Positions 49,204 through 61,999 of a stretch of 64,000 bases of DNA are shown one piece after another. The notes under the pieces are model-generated. The model was not told the DNA's origin. It made no database searches and saw only the letters and a program-made list of their open reading frames with translations. Source of the DNA: Leucoraja ocellata (taxonomy: Eukaryota). The stretch lies in contig JAWMAR010000013.1 in assembly GCA_036785375.1 (NCBI GenBank), forward strand, positions 6,634,001 to 6,698,000, given 5' to 3'. Made by a program: the position numbers and the translations under genes. Each line of letters begins with the position of its first letter. Position 1 is the stretch's first letter.

Positions 49204-50449
49204 GTAAGATATCACTTTCCTTTTGTAAAATTTGAGATCCATACAACTTTGGATTGATATTCATTGTTACAAATTGGCACTCATTTTAACTCAGTTTTCT
49301 GCACAGGTCATTTAATCTTTCACAAAATATCACTCAATTAGAAGACCTGTCCCAGCCATTTTCAATCCTATCAGTGTTATTTGTGCACTATTTGTATGGG
49401 ACGGGCAATGCTGACCTATGTAAAAGCTGTAGTCATAGGTGACAGTTGTTGATTACTGACCTTGGGTGCCGGCTGTGCACAGTTTGCATGTTCTCTCTGA
49501 GAACGTATAGGTTTCCTTGATTTACTCTGGTCTCCTCTTACGTCCCAAAGATGTACGGGTTGGTAAGCTATTTAGCCGCTATAAATTGCCCTTGATGTAT
49601 GGGTGAGGTAGAATCTGGCGGAAGTTAATGGGAATGTGGGGAAAATAAATTGGGATCAGTGTAAAATTGGGAGCTTTGTTATTTTCAGTAAATTTATACT
49701 CATAAAAAATCGCAGATCAGGACATGCCATGTTAATGTTGTTGAAAATTATTATTGCCCATGATAATTTTAAGGTTAACTCTAAAGCTGCATTCAAGAGA
49801 GGAAATGTAGTTCAATGCTTCAGTGTGTACTTAAAAATCTAATTTCTTATAATCGTTCATGAGGATACTTAAAAATAAAATTTATTTAAGAGTCAACCTT
49901 GGGACTATCCAAAGGGACAAAAGTGTTGTGTAATAATTTGTGTAATAAACACTGAATCTGTTGCTAGAGGTCTCAATTCATTATGTTTCATATCTAGTAA
50001 ATAAACTGGGTCTTTTTAAAATTAAATTCCCACAACTGATTTATTTGCATACTAAAGAAAATATTAGAACTTATGCCGATATATTTCTTGTTTGAATGGC
50101 TTAATTGCAGTAAGCTTTGAACCGATGTACAGAATGGTTTAAATTTAATGTTGTCTGAGAAGAACCTTTTTGATAGTGAATTTAGTGTGTGAGGACAGGA
50201 TCTTAGCAGTTAGCATGAGTAGATATTTTTATAATGGCTGCTCCCATCCTTGACAGACACCAGAAAGATATTTTGAGTATAATATTTTTTCCATGTAAGT
50301 GAGTAGTTATCTCCTTGGTTATCAAATTATTTATTTATTTATTTTTTAAGATACTTCGATCACTAATATTTTACAATGTAAGCACATTGCTCCTGAAGAT
50401 GCCAATTAAATTTGCATTTCATCATCAGAGATTAAATTTTGTTTTCCAG

Positions 50450-50658
50450 TAAAATTGGTTCACCTCCCAAGACGCTTCTCAACCAGGTGCTCCCTACTTC
50501 AGCTGTAATGTCATCACACATTGGACCAGATGTGACTGCTCTACCATCTGTAAAATCTGTGTCAAGAGTGTCTGTGTACCCTTCGCAGCAACCTGATTTG
50601 TACTATCCAGACCCCAGAGCAACAGTTTCCTATGAACTGCCTGCTTACCAACAACCAG
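50450..50658 (+). CDS. RC3H2: Roquin-2 coding exon 10
   Basis: CAG|(T)KIGSPPKTLLNQV...YYPDPRATVSYELPAYQQP(G)|GTAAGT; 209 nt. Confidence 0.92.
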
Positions 50659-51189
50659 GTAAGTCAAACCAAAATCTATAGTCTTCCATCCACGGTGATG
50701 GCTTGGTAAATCTAGGCTGTGCTGATGTCTGTTTATACTGACACAGTTTAGAATGGCCTCACAAAGTCTTGTAGAACAAGATACTGCCAAGCCCGTGAAA
50801 CCTTTTTTAAGAGATAAATTAATTTACTCCCTTCCATCTACTACCCTTTCATCCGCCACTATTTCTACACTTTTTGTTTCAACGGTATTTATCAAATTTT
50901 GTCAATAAAACTCCCCATTAAATCTGAATTTTTCAGACATTGTTTAAAATAACCCCTTTGTCATAAATCTCCTTTTAAACATTCCCCCTCTCATCTTAAA
51001 TTAATGCCCTCTGGCATTTCTACCGTGGGGAAAAATACTGTACCTACTTTATCCATGAACCTCATAATTTTATATACTTCTATCAGGTCGTCTCTCAGCC
51101 TCTGACACTCCTATCTCTCATGGCTAATACCCTGTAATCATGATAATTCTCTCCTACATACTTTCCAAACCCTCCACATTCCTTAATTG

Positions 51190-51470
51190 AATTTAGAGAT
51201 ATAATGTGGAATCAAGCCCTTTGGCACACCAAGTCCATGTCGACCAACATTCACCCCTGCACTAGTTCTATTTACTACACTCTAGGGGAAATTTACAGCC
51301 AATTAATCTACAAACCTGGTTAATTACATGTCTTTGGAATGTGGGCAAACAACCATGCAGTCACAGGGAGTACATACAAATTCCGTTCAAACAGCACCCA
51401 TTGTCAGAATCGAACCCGGGCCTCTGACATTCTAAGGCAGCAACTTTACCACCGCACACCTGTGCCACCC
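51190..51470 (-). mobile_element. V-SINE (HE1-like)
   Basis: Same layout as 36686-36982. Confidence 0.8.
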
Positions 51471-52199
51471 TATAATTCTCATAATGTGGTGAACAGTACT
51501 GCACACACTACCTTGTATTTCTACATAACTTTGTATTTCTAAACCTTTTCTCTTTCACAGCCACTCCTGGTGTCTCGCAATCTTATAGCACCCCTGTAAA
51601 TTTTGATATTGAGGTTTAGTGTGTACATCTCTTTCTTTAAATTAGGAGAAAACGTGGATATGTCTTTACCTGTAACTTTGTTACTCAACTTGATCACCAT
51701 GATGCTGCATTGCCATTTATCTAGTCAATTACTCATTGAATAAAGACATTGAATTTTCACAATTATAACTTTAACAGGGTTGTGTTAACAGGTCCTGATT
51801 TCCTTTTTTATCTCAGGTTATTATTTCTTAAGAATTTTACTTAGATCTGGAATTAATTTAAAAGCAAAATGCTCGGCTTACTCATCATTTGTGGAAAGAT
51901 AAACCATTACGTTTCAGTTTTGAGATCCTTTATTAAAAATAGGAATGAGAAAACAAATTAGATTTTGGTGGCAGAGAATACAAGGAAGGGATGGGTGAAC
52001 AAAGGAATACTTGAGACCTAAGTTCCAGCGTTTTCTGTTATTTCAGATTTCCACCAACTGTAGTTTTTGTGATTTTATTTTTCACTAGCTTGAATTCTTG
52101 GCTGGCTTACTCCTTTCTTTCTGAACAGGGGTAGCGGATTCACCATCTGCCAATACCTGCCAGGGATAATTCAAGCACATTTAATAGGCATTGCAATCA

Positions 52200-52785
52200 C
52201 TGGATTTCCCACCAATAATATCTGTCAGTAACCTAAGTGAGCCAGCTACATTAAAAAATTGGCTGCAGAAACACAGAAAATTGGGTATCTGGGGCAAGTA
52301 ATATTTCTCCTAATACCACAAAGCCTTTCCACCATCTATAAGCTTCTGGGTAGGTGCAGTCCACAACAACTGTGAAGCTGAATACCACCCAGGACAAAGA
52401 ATACCATTTGATTTGGTAACCCATACACTATCCTAAACCTTTATCTTTCCGCCCCCCACCACTGATGCATAATAGCTGCAACGTACATTATTTACAAAAT
52501 GAAATGCATTTGTTAACCAACTATTTTTGACAGCACATCTCCAACTTGAGTCGCATACCAACAAGTACAAGTGGTTCAAATACATGTTCCTCTGCAAGTA
52601 ACACCACATCATGACTCTGAGATATCACTGCTCCTTCATTGTTATTTGTTCAAAATTCTGGAACACCTTCCTGAACAACAGTGAGGAAGTGCTTCAGTAG
52701 AAGGACTGTAATGGTTCACCACGCTCTCCATTATGCCAATTAGAGATGGGCAATAAATGCTGGCTTTACCAATAATGCACAGGTC
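52200..52785 (+). mobile_element. Old CR1/L2-clade LINE 3' end
   Basis: CAAAATTCTGGAACACCTTCCTGAACA...GGGCAATAAATGCTGGCTT tail pattern. Confidence 0.5.
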
Positions 52786-53332
52786 TCAATCTTTTAAAAT
52801 TATGTATTCCAGCAATTTAAAAGATCTCCAATGCCTACCCGCCTTCTTCAGCAGCAGGCATTAAGGCTGAGTAACTTATTCACATCACGCACTTCAGTGT
52901 CAGTTCAGTTTTGACCTTAATCACCTTATTCTATTTGTTTCTTGTAGGAATATATTTAATTTAAATTTCTCAGCCTTTTAAATTGCAAAATAATTTGAGA
53001 TTTTAGGACCTATTAATGGTTTATTTTAAGTAAAGAAGGCGCTTCCACTCCCTCCCACCACTTAATACAGAACAATCAATTTTATAGATTAATATGCAGC
53101 CATTTCTTAACAAACAATCTTTTAATTCATAATGTGTTTTTTTTAAATTATATCATAATGTTCCACATAGCATAAAAAATTGAGAAAGTTGATTATTACA
53201 AATCTGCTGGGCAACGGTACCTCTGATGCACTTACTAATGTTTGACTTAAGGTTGTATAATCTGTTCTAGATGACAAATAGTTTAACTTGATATTTGTGT
53301 ACCTTTTTCTTTGTTCTTTTAATTTCACACAG

Positions 53333-53763
53333 GAGGATATTACCCTCCACATACTGGTCTACCATCTGGTGTGTCTGCTTGTCTTCCCCGCTATGTACGT
53401 CCCAACAGTATGCCAGAATCCCCTCTCCCACCCACTGTGCCATTCACGGACCACTACAATGCATATCCACCACGAGAACGACTAGCATCCTCGCCCTACC
53501 CGACAGGCCCACCCCAGCAGTATGGTTCTGTTCCTGCGGTCCCTTCTGGAATGTATGCCCCAGTCTATGATAGCAGACGCATGTGGAGGCCACAGATGTA
53601 TCCACGGGATGATGTCATGCGGAGTAATTCTTTGCCTCCGATGGATGTGGTACCTTCAGCCACCTACCAGCATCCACCACGAGAACGATACAGCTCACTT
53701 GATGGATATTGTTCTATGGCTGGGCAACCATCAAATGAACAGAGGAGCATCGCCATGCAGAGA
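53333..53763 (+). CDS. RC3H2: Roquin-2 coding exon 11 (proline-rich region)
   Basis: CAG|(G)GYYPPHTGLPSGVSACLPRYVRPN...SGMYAPVYDSRRMWRP...RSNSLPPMD...RERYSSLDGY...AMQR|GTAGGA; 431 nt. Confidence 0.95.
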
Positions 53764-53969
53764 GTAGGATAGTTTGGAATATTTTTGCTTTTTTTTTTTT
53801 AACATATCGGCAACAATTGTGATCCTTCAATAAATAAAGAATTATTTGCTATTGTAATGGCTTCATTTTGATGGGATGTAGTCTATTTTGCAAGTTAAGC
53901 CTATTATAATGGTACTTGACTATACTGGTAAACAAAATAAAGTAGCTTCATAATTTAAGAGCAATATGT

Positions 53970-54135
53970 TGGATCAGGCGGCAGCATCACTGGAGAACGT
54001 GGATAGGTGAAGTTTTGGATCAGGACCGTTCTTCAGACTGAACGGTTCAGACCCGAAATGCCACCTATCCATGTTCTCCAGGGATGCTGCCTTACCCGCT
54101 GTTACTCCAGCACTTTTGTTGGTAAACCAGAATCT
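53970..54135. mobile_element. Head-to-head pair of Penelope-type termini forming a hairpin
   Basis: 53981-54009 and 54062-54090 are reverse complements (27/29). The inner arm pair is GACCGTTC/GAACGGTT. Confidence 0.75.
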
Positions 54136-54353
54136 GCAGTTCCTTGTTTCTACACAACCCTAATCTTAATGTTTAATGTTAGGTTATGCTTATTTACTTA
54201 TTATGCCAATTGGAGAAAAGTTATGCAATATTTCATTTGGATTCTGAATATTGTTTAAAAATTAAGTGCATTGGTAAGAAGATACATTGTCTTGTGTTTA
54301 GAGTTTTGAAGTTATGAATTAAAGGTTATTTGTCACTTGTATCTTCCTTGCAG

Positions 54354-54527
54354 GAAGCGTACAGCCGGATGCAGCAGCCAGGCTTCGATGACCTGTTAAG
54401 ACGGAAACAAGATCAATGGGCTCAATATTCTACTCAGAAGCCTCCACTTGTCTCTTCTGCTTTGTCTACAGTAGCCCAACCCTCAGCTCCTCCATCCCCC
54501 TTGTTCAGTGTGGATTTCAGCTCAGAG
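54354..54527 (+). CDS. RC3H2: Roquin-2 coding exon 12
   Basis: CAG|EAYSRMQQPGFDDLLRRKQDQWAQYSTQKPPLVSS...PPSPLFSVDFSSE|GTATGC; 174 nt. Confidence 0.95.
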
Positions 54528-54782
54528 GTATGCAAGTCAAATCGGAGTTTAAAATGATAGTAATGAAGTCAAGTTGATTTCTTGTCATATGCACGAGTAT
54601 GGTGAGGTACAGGCACATTAAAAGTTTTGCTTGCAGCAGGATCGCATGCATATACTGTAGAATCGGACTAACAGGCACGAACAAACTAAACATAAATTAC
54701 TTAATGTTTGTAAAAGAAAAATAACTGAGAAGAAATACGGACATGAGTGCAAAAACATAATAGAAAATAGTCTAATAGACTT

Positions 54783-55097
54783 GGTGGTGGCGCAGCGTTA
54801 GAGTTGCTGCCTTACACCCCAGAGACCTGGGTTCAACCCTGGCTACGGTGCTTGTCTGTACGCAGTTTGTTCATTCTCTCCGTGAACTGCGTGGGTTTTC
54901 TCCGAGATCTTCGGTTACCTCCCACACTCCAAAGACGTAGAGGTTTGTAGGTTGATTGGCTTGGTATAAGTGTAAATTGTCCCTTGTGTGTATGTGTGTG
55001 TGTGTGTGTGTAGGGTGGTGTAAATGTGCAGGCATCTCGGGTGGTGCGGACTCTGTGGGCCGAAGGACCTGTTTCCGTGCTGTAAAACTAAACTAAA
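54783..55097 (+). mobile_element. Full-length V-SINE (HE1-like)
   Basis: GGTGGCGCAGCGTTAG A box, GGTTCAACCC B box, V-domain, (TG)n, CR1-type tail and (AAACT)n end. Confidence 0.9.
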
Positions 55098-55099
55098 AG

Positions 55100-55470
55100 T
55101 AGTGCAAGCTTGGGTCATAATGTTCTGTTGTCTAGGTAAGATTAGGGTTGTGTAGGTTTGTTCAAGATCCTGATATTTGTAGGAGAGTAGCTGTTCCTGA
55201 ACCTGGTGGTGTTGGATTTTGGGCATCTGTTCCACCTTAGTTTAGTTTAGAGATACTGCTTGGAAACATTATGGCCAAGGCAACACACCTACAGCTGCGA
55301 CAGCATACCTCTCTAGTGACCCAATGGTAGTAGCAGTGAGTGGAGGGTATGGCCCAGTTTGCTGGGATCCTTGATGATCGATGCTGCCTTATTTTGGCAG
55401 TGCCTCGTGTAGATGTTTTTGATGGTGGGGACGACCGTGCCTGTGATGGATTAGCTGAGCCCACCACTCT
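55100..55470 (-). mobile_element. Rex/Babar-like LINE 3' fragment
   Basis: IIKDPSKLGHTLHSLL-type motif and a tail similar to 29260-29540. Confidence 0.55.
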
Positions 55471-55569
55471 CTGCAGCCTCTAGAAATAGTTTGGATTAGT
55501 AGGATTGATGAGAGTGCTGTACTGGGAGCTGTGGCAGGGTCAATGGACCAAACCTTTGCCTCCATAGGC

Positions 55570-55770
55570 CATAAGCGGAACAGAATTAGGCTATTCGGCT
55601 CATCGAGTCTGCGCCATCTATTTTCCCCTCGCCACCCCATTCTTCTGCCTTCTCCCCGTGACCTTTGACGCCCTTACTAATCGAGAACCTATCAATCTCT
55701 ACTTTTAAAATACCCAATGACTTGTCCTCCCCAGCCATGTGTGGCAATAAATTCCACAGATTCACCACCA
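55570..55770 (-). mobile_element. CR1 3' end
   Basis: VNLWNLLPHMAGEDKSLGILKVEIDRF. Confidence 0.85.
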
Positions 55771-56094
55771 GTGGTACAACTGTTCTTTACTTTTTATTGA
55801 TTAATGACAAATGAAAATATTAAGGCTAGCTTTTGCTCTTGTGTCAATGGAGTACGTACAGTATTTGTCCCAGATTATTTGTACAGTGATTCAGCTCGGC
55901 TCTACTTCAATTCTGTGACTCTTGGCAAATGATCTGTTATAAGCATTTAGTTTAAATTTATGAATTTGGTGCAATATTAGCTATAGAAAGTTGTTCGATC
56001 TACGATATTACAAGTAGTTCTTTACTTTTGAGGTGATCTGTGCCAGTATTGCATGACGTTTTAAAGCATAACTTATGTGATAATCTTAAAAATG

Positions 56095-56433
56095 CATAGT
56101 GGATGTGGAGAGGATGTTTCCACCAGTGGTAGAGTCTAGGACCAGAGGTCATAGCCTCAGAATTAAAGGACGTTCCTTTAGGAAGGAGATGAGATGAGGA
56201 TTTTTTTTTTTTAGTCAGTGGTCTGTGAAATTCTTTGCCACAGAAGGTTATAGATGATGTTTTTTAAGGCAGATATAGATAGATTCTTGGTTAGTACGGA
56301 TGTCAGAGGTTATGGAGAGAAGGCAGAGGAATGGGGTTAGATAGGAGAGATAGATCAACCATGATTGAATGGCGGAGTAACTTGATGGGCCGAATGGACT
56401 AACTCTGCTCCTATCATTTATGAACTTATGAAA
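56095..56433 (+). mobile_element. CR1 3' end (same subfamily as 30510-30873)
   Basis: GTGGATGTGGAGAGGATGTTTCCA...TTATGAACTTATGAA. Confidence 0.9.
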
Positions 56434-57801
56434 CTTGCATTTCCACAAAGGTTTGACATTTTATATTGCCTAACATAAAGAACGTCCATATTATTTCCCT
56501 TTATTTTGACTCTTATGTAATAGTAACAATTACTTGTTAGGTCTAATAACCACTTGTTAATTTTGAAATAAATAGTAATAGTACATTGCATTGTTACTAC
56601 AGAATCCACTCCTACTAAATACATGTTTTATGCATTATCATGTATTTTCATCTTTTTAGGAAGTTCACTGTTTCTTCAAATTATGGTGGAATGCTTCAGC
56701 TTCCTCTTTCAGTGAGCAGCAAAGCTCTTGTTTCACTGTCATTCTAATTTCTAGTCGGGACACCTTTTTGAATACAGAAGTTTCTGCTCAAGAAACCAGC
56801 CTATTGTTAAACAACAATGAACAGTATTTATTTAACATTAAATTTGAGCATACATTGTACACGTAATAGAAAACAAAATATTGTGAATATTTATCCACAG
56901 ACACTCCTTATTATAAAGCTGTAGTTAAAGAGCAAGGCTTACTTTGTGTTTGAAATTTTACCTGTCCATGTTCTCCTGCAATGCTGCCTGACCTGCTGAG
57001 TTACTCCAGTAATTTGTACCTTTTATATTTTCTTTCTCTGATATCGTTTTACTCAGCTGATTGCAATAAAATTCCAATATGCTTCAGTAATGTTGCATCT
57101 TCTGAGGCTGATCTGGGTTGAAGAATATAACATAAGAATAAGAATAATTGGTATTTTTGCATTTTCTGTGAGTGTGGGATTAGTTATAAAACATTGTTAG
57201 CGGCATTTGTAAATGGTAAAGTATGAAATAAGGATATTATTTTAAATTTGGGTTAGCCTTTTGCTTTCTTCCTCTTCAGTATATGTGTATTAGCTTCACC
57301 TAACGTGCCCTGCTTCTCACATGCTCTGCTATTTAGTCAGTGTGTGTGACGTGCTTATCTCCATGACAGCTACAATAGCACCACTTGAGATCTATCGTGT
57401 TTAGTCATCTTGGGCTTGCCAACGTTTAGCTTGTTTAAAAATAAAGCCATCACTATGGAAGTATACTTCTACTATACTAATTTCAGTGACTGATTCAAGA
57501 AAAACATTTTTAAGAATATTCTCTTAATGATAATATTAATATAATTTTATCTTTTTTAATATTTACCATTTGCTTTAGGAAAATATGTTAATAGTTTAAA
57601 GCACACGTCCCCATCCACATTTTTCTCCCCCCTCCTCAATAGACCCCAAACCATTTATCATTCAGTTATTCAAATTTCATGCGGACCCTAGCAAAGTGTG
57701 TGTCTATGTACACATGCATACTGAATGAATTTTGGTGAAGTTGTAAATTATTACAAATATTACCTATTAGAATAGTAATATATTTGCTTGTCTTTTAACA
57801 G

Positions 57802-57960
57802 TTCTCTGAGAATACGAGTGACTTGTGTGTCAGCACCAAAATTGATGATGACAACATGTCCCACTACTCTCCATGGTCCTGTGGGACAATTAGTTCTTGT
57901 ATTAGTGCAATGGAGTCTGATCCCAAGAATGTCATGGCAACCACCAACGTAGAGATATTG
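57802..57960 (+). CDS. RC3H2: Roquin-2 coding exon 13
   Basis: CAG|FSENTSDLCVSTKIDDDNMSHYSPWSCGTISSCISAMESDPKNVMATTNVEIL|GTAAGC; 159 nt. Confidence 0.95.
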
Positions 57961-58917
57961 GTAAGCCGGTTGATCTCTTTCAAAAAATCTTTTTTCATTA
58001 TTGTAATTGACATTAAATGACTTGTGACTACAAATTTTGAAGTGTTCCTTTAAACTTAATGGATTGAAAAATGAAACCACTAATATCTTCCCTAATTTTG
58101 CTCTTGAAACCATTTTACTGCCAAGATTCTGTAGTGTGAAACCTTGATTAATTTCCAAAGTAGTATAAGAAAACATTAACAAAATGCGTCCTTCATTAAA
58201 TTCTATTTATATTTTTTCTGTTTTTATTTTCAAAGCAAGGAAATGTGTGCATAGAATTTCAAGTTGATGTGTAAGAAAGTATGTTAGTGTAATTGTGTCC
58301 TTCAGTATTATTTGATGGAAATGTAATTGTACATAGTACAATTCAAGAATTTTTATATTGATACTTGTGTAAATGCAAGTAAAATAAAATATTTTTGCAT
58401 GGCTTTTATCAATGTGCACCATTGTCCATAGAAATCTGGCTTTGATACTGTCCTTTTATGGATTTCTAACCTTCTTCCTATGATTGGCTTCCCCTGCGTG
58501 CTCCAGTTTCCTTCCACAAGCTAAATAAATATTAATAGGTTAATGGTACAGTAAATTAGCCCTATTATAGGGTACGGCAGAAATATCTGGTAGAGATGCG
58601 TATTGGGTGGAATGGATTACCGAGGAAGAAATTAGCAGATTGGGACCGAAGGGAATGCTCTTATCATAATCAAATAATCAAATAGCCACCTTACTAGTCT
58701 TAAGTAAATTAGATATTTAGATCTACAGTAGTATAAATCTCTCAAGTTTTCGAATAAGCAGTTACTTAATATTTGATCATTTTCTTCATGATTCTTGAAA
58801 TAATTATATGAAGGTGTTCCCAAGCTTCTCGAAGTTTCAGTATATTGTATGTTATTTACTGATATTTTTGTTTCAGGTGTTAAGTAATGAATAACCAAAG
58901 GAAGACTTCTATTTCAT

Positions 58918-59235
58918 TTAGTTTAATGACAAGGCATGGAAATGGGGCCTTGGGCCCACCGATTCCTCGACGACCAACAATCATCTGTGCACACTAGTTC
59001 TATATTATCCAAACTTTCGCATCTACTCCCAGGGGCAATTTGCAGAATGCAATTAACCTACAAACTTGCATGCCTTTGACATGTGGGAGGAAACCCAGGG
59101 CATTCATTCTGAAACCTTCACATTCCGAGGGAAAACACGCAACCTCCACACAGACAACACCCGAGGTCAGGATTGAATCTGGATCTCTGGCGCTGTGAGG
59201 AGGCTGCTCTACCAGCTGCGCTACTATGCCGCCCT
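58918..59235 (-). mobile_element. V-SINE (HE1-like)
   Basis: Reverse-strand GGGCGGCATAGTAGCGCAGCTGGTAGAGC head, V-domain and tail. Confidence 0.85.
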
Positions 59236-60579
59236 AATATTTAATTTTTTTGCTTCCTGAGCTTTCTATAACCTGTGGAAAAATGTAGGTCCACTAGGAA
59301 CCATTTCTTTGAAGTTCTCAGTGACATTTCTTTGAAAATCTGTGTCCCTTTATAATTCCAGAATGGGGTGCTATTCCCATGTGCCTGCTGATCTTTCCCT
59401 TCCAGGTGATGGTAAAGATCATGTGCATGGAAGTGCCTTTGATGAAATAACATGACTGACAATGAGTCCATATCATCTTTCATTAATATATATTTTGTTC
59501 TTAAAAATCATGTTATATGGGCCTTGGCTTACTCTGTTGGGTGTTCAGAGTTTGCATTATATCATGTCCTATGAATAGATTCAGCCTTTGAAAGCTGATT
59601 TTTTTTTTTTTTAATTATCTGCTATCACAGTGAAAAAAAGAACTGAATGTAGTCGGAATGATTATTAGTTTATGTACAGATCCAGACACCATTTATTACA
59701 ATGTTGATCTTTGCTCTATATTATCTAGCTGAGCAATTGGCAAGGGGCCAGCTCTCAGGTGCCTCATTGCTCCAGAAAGAATATGTTGTAAGGAGGTGGT
59801 TGGTTGTTGTCTGGAGAGTTCCTGTCATTATTACCTCCCTTGTAAATTTATCTTACATTCAGAATGCCTCTTCATGCCATAATTTCCTTATGGAAAACCA
59901 CTGATGTATTGTAAACAACTTGCAGCATAAAAACATTCAACTAATCTATCTATACTGATGATTATACTTTGTGCGAGCCTCCACCAATATTTGATAACCT
60001 TCCATATATTTTCTTCCACTCACCCATACATAGTTTCCTTTTAGTAATTTCACATCAAATGTTCAATGTTCTGCAGCTTTTTTGTGTGTTCTAATGCTAC
60101 ATGTTTTGTGTTTTGAGCATAAATTTTGGCACAAGAATCATAGGCATCATTTCAATTGAAGAAGGGGGATCAGAATCCAGATATCTAGGTTTCAGCAACA
60201 ATGATGGGATTTAAAATTTGATTATACAGGTGACCATTGCATTATGAAGGTTGCATTCCTTGAAAATGGTCCATACTGCGATTTTTTTTAAATAAGTGTT
60301 TTTTTTGTACTACACAAAGCCACATCACCTGTCAAAAAACACTTGTAAAACATGTTTTTTCATGTTCCACGAGAGCACATTTATTGCATATTGGGTAGTG
60401 ATCTGTGTATTCTGTAAGGGGGAATTTCCATTTCTTGAAAGGCTGTAATGTGGGGTAATGTCACCTATTCACTAATATCTTCATATTGGAAGTACATATT
60501 TGTCATCGACCTTGTTAATCTTTTATTAACTGTATATTTTAAACATTTTATTTTTCACATCTTTCTTGCCTGCTTTCAG

Positions 60580-60784
60580 GACCTTAATGTGAAACGAAGT
60601 CTAAATATGTTTGGCCCTCAAAAAAGGGGAAAGGATGAAGATCCTATAATTCCATTTGGTGACGGACCGATCATCTCTAAATGGGGTGCAATTTCCAGGT
60701 CTGCCCGCACAGGTTATAACAACACAGACCCAGTCCAGGCTACAGCTTCCCAAGGAAGTGCTACAAAGCCCATTAGTGTAACAG
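60580..60784 (+). CDS. RC3H2: Roquin-2 coding exon 14 (gene continues beyond the window)
   Basis: CAG|DLNVKRSLNMF...EDPIIPFGDGPIISKWGAISRSARTGYNNTDPVQATASQGSATKPISVT|GTTAGT; 205 nt. Confidence 0.96.
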
Positions 60785-61055
60785 GTTAGTTGTGTTTCCT
60801 ATTAGATATCATTGCTTTAAGCAACTAAATATATTTAGAACATTGTAAATGTAAATATTATGGTATACTTTAAGCTAAAGTGGGCGGTAAAGAAAAAAGG
60901 ATATGTGCTGCTAAAGTAAGGATAACTGCATAATTTGGATCACTCAGACCCATTTCTAAACTGCAAGATGTTTATATTGTGGCTTTGGTTAATTGTTTTA
61001 GGAAAATTATATAGTTTAATAAATGTCAACTCTTCAATTCAGGTTGCAGGCAGAT

Positions 61056-61144
61056 AAAGGAATTTCTGTTATTTCTGGAAAGCTGGTTTCTTAAGTCTTC
61101 AGTCCAAAGGAATTTCTGTTATTTCTAGAAAGCTGGTTTCTTAA
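61056..61144 (+). repeat. 39-bp direct repeat with 11-bp spacer
   Basis: AAAGGAATTTCTGTTATTTCT(G/A)GAAAGCTGGTTTCTTAA at 61056-61094 and 61106-61144. Confidence 0.9.
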
Positions 61145-61659
61145 TTGGTCAATGCAATAAAACTGTTTAAAACCGTGCATTTATCTCTAAAGTAGTAACA
61201 TCCCAAAAGGCAAGTGATTACTAAAAAACATTTGTTTTAGTACTTCTTTGTTCTTGAACAAAATAAATACTGACAGATCTAACTGTTTATTTTTGAGGCA
61301 GGGTCGATCTGTATTGTTTTTAAATTAGCTAATAGACTTACCTAATAGCTAATAGCCCCAGGCAGGATAGATAAACTCTTTTTCAAATTTCAATTGGAGT
61401 CTGTGGGTTCCACGACATGTAATGCATTTTTCATCTATGTTCCTTAAATGTAGTTATACTATTTGGAAATGGTGAATGATTAAGAAAAAAGCCATCAGTT
61501 CAAGTTCTGACAACATAATTATTGACAAATAATAATATTTTATTTAATCTCAAAAACTGTGTCTGAAATATTGAAAGTTTAAAAAAAGTCTAGATGTTAG
61601 AAATCTAAAATTAAAACTCCATATGTTTTAAGATGGCTTTGAATGAAACTTGTGGAAAG

Positions 61660-61997
61660 GTACTACATTGGAGTAATGCAAATTACAACATTATTAGGCA
61701 GGACTGAGAGAGTAAATTGGGATCAATTGTTGGTAGGTGAGTTCACATCTGACATGTGGGAGTCATTTAAAGGCCAGTTGAAAGTAACAGCATAAATAGA
61801 TAGTGGTAGAGGAGGAGTATGGTATGCTTGCCTTCATTGGTCTGGGCATAGAGTATATGTGTCAGGAAGTCATGATATAACTTTAATAGGACTGGTTAGG
61901 AGTATTGTGTGCAGTTCTGGTCACTGAAAAACAGAGGCGGTGAAGCTTTGGAGAGTGTGCAGAAGAGATTTACCAGAATACTGCCTTGATTCAAGTA
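61660..61997 (+). mobile_element. CR1 fragments
   Basis: YGMLAFIGLGIEY...EYCVQFWS...ESVQKRFTRILP. Confidence 0.8.
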
Positions 61998-61999
61998 TA

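Noticed and set aside
54783-54850. tRNA-like A/B boxes
   Set aside because: This is the head of a V-SINE and does not form a complete cloverleaf.
59385-59420. Possible 6-nt microexon GTGATG with a strong acceptor and a GTAAAG donor
   Set aside because: The context resembles an old LINE-derived repeat, and coding exons 13 and 14 join in frame without it. There is no supporting evidence.
25247-60784. Assignment to RC3H1 (Roquin-1)
   Set aside because: The N-terminal [10 protein letters not shown] and the C-terminal SHYSPWSCGTI and DPVQATASQGSATKPISV segments are Roquin-2-type.
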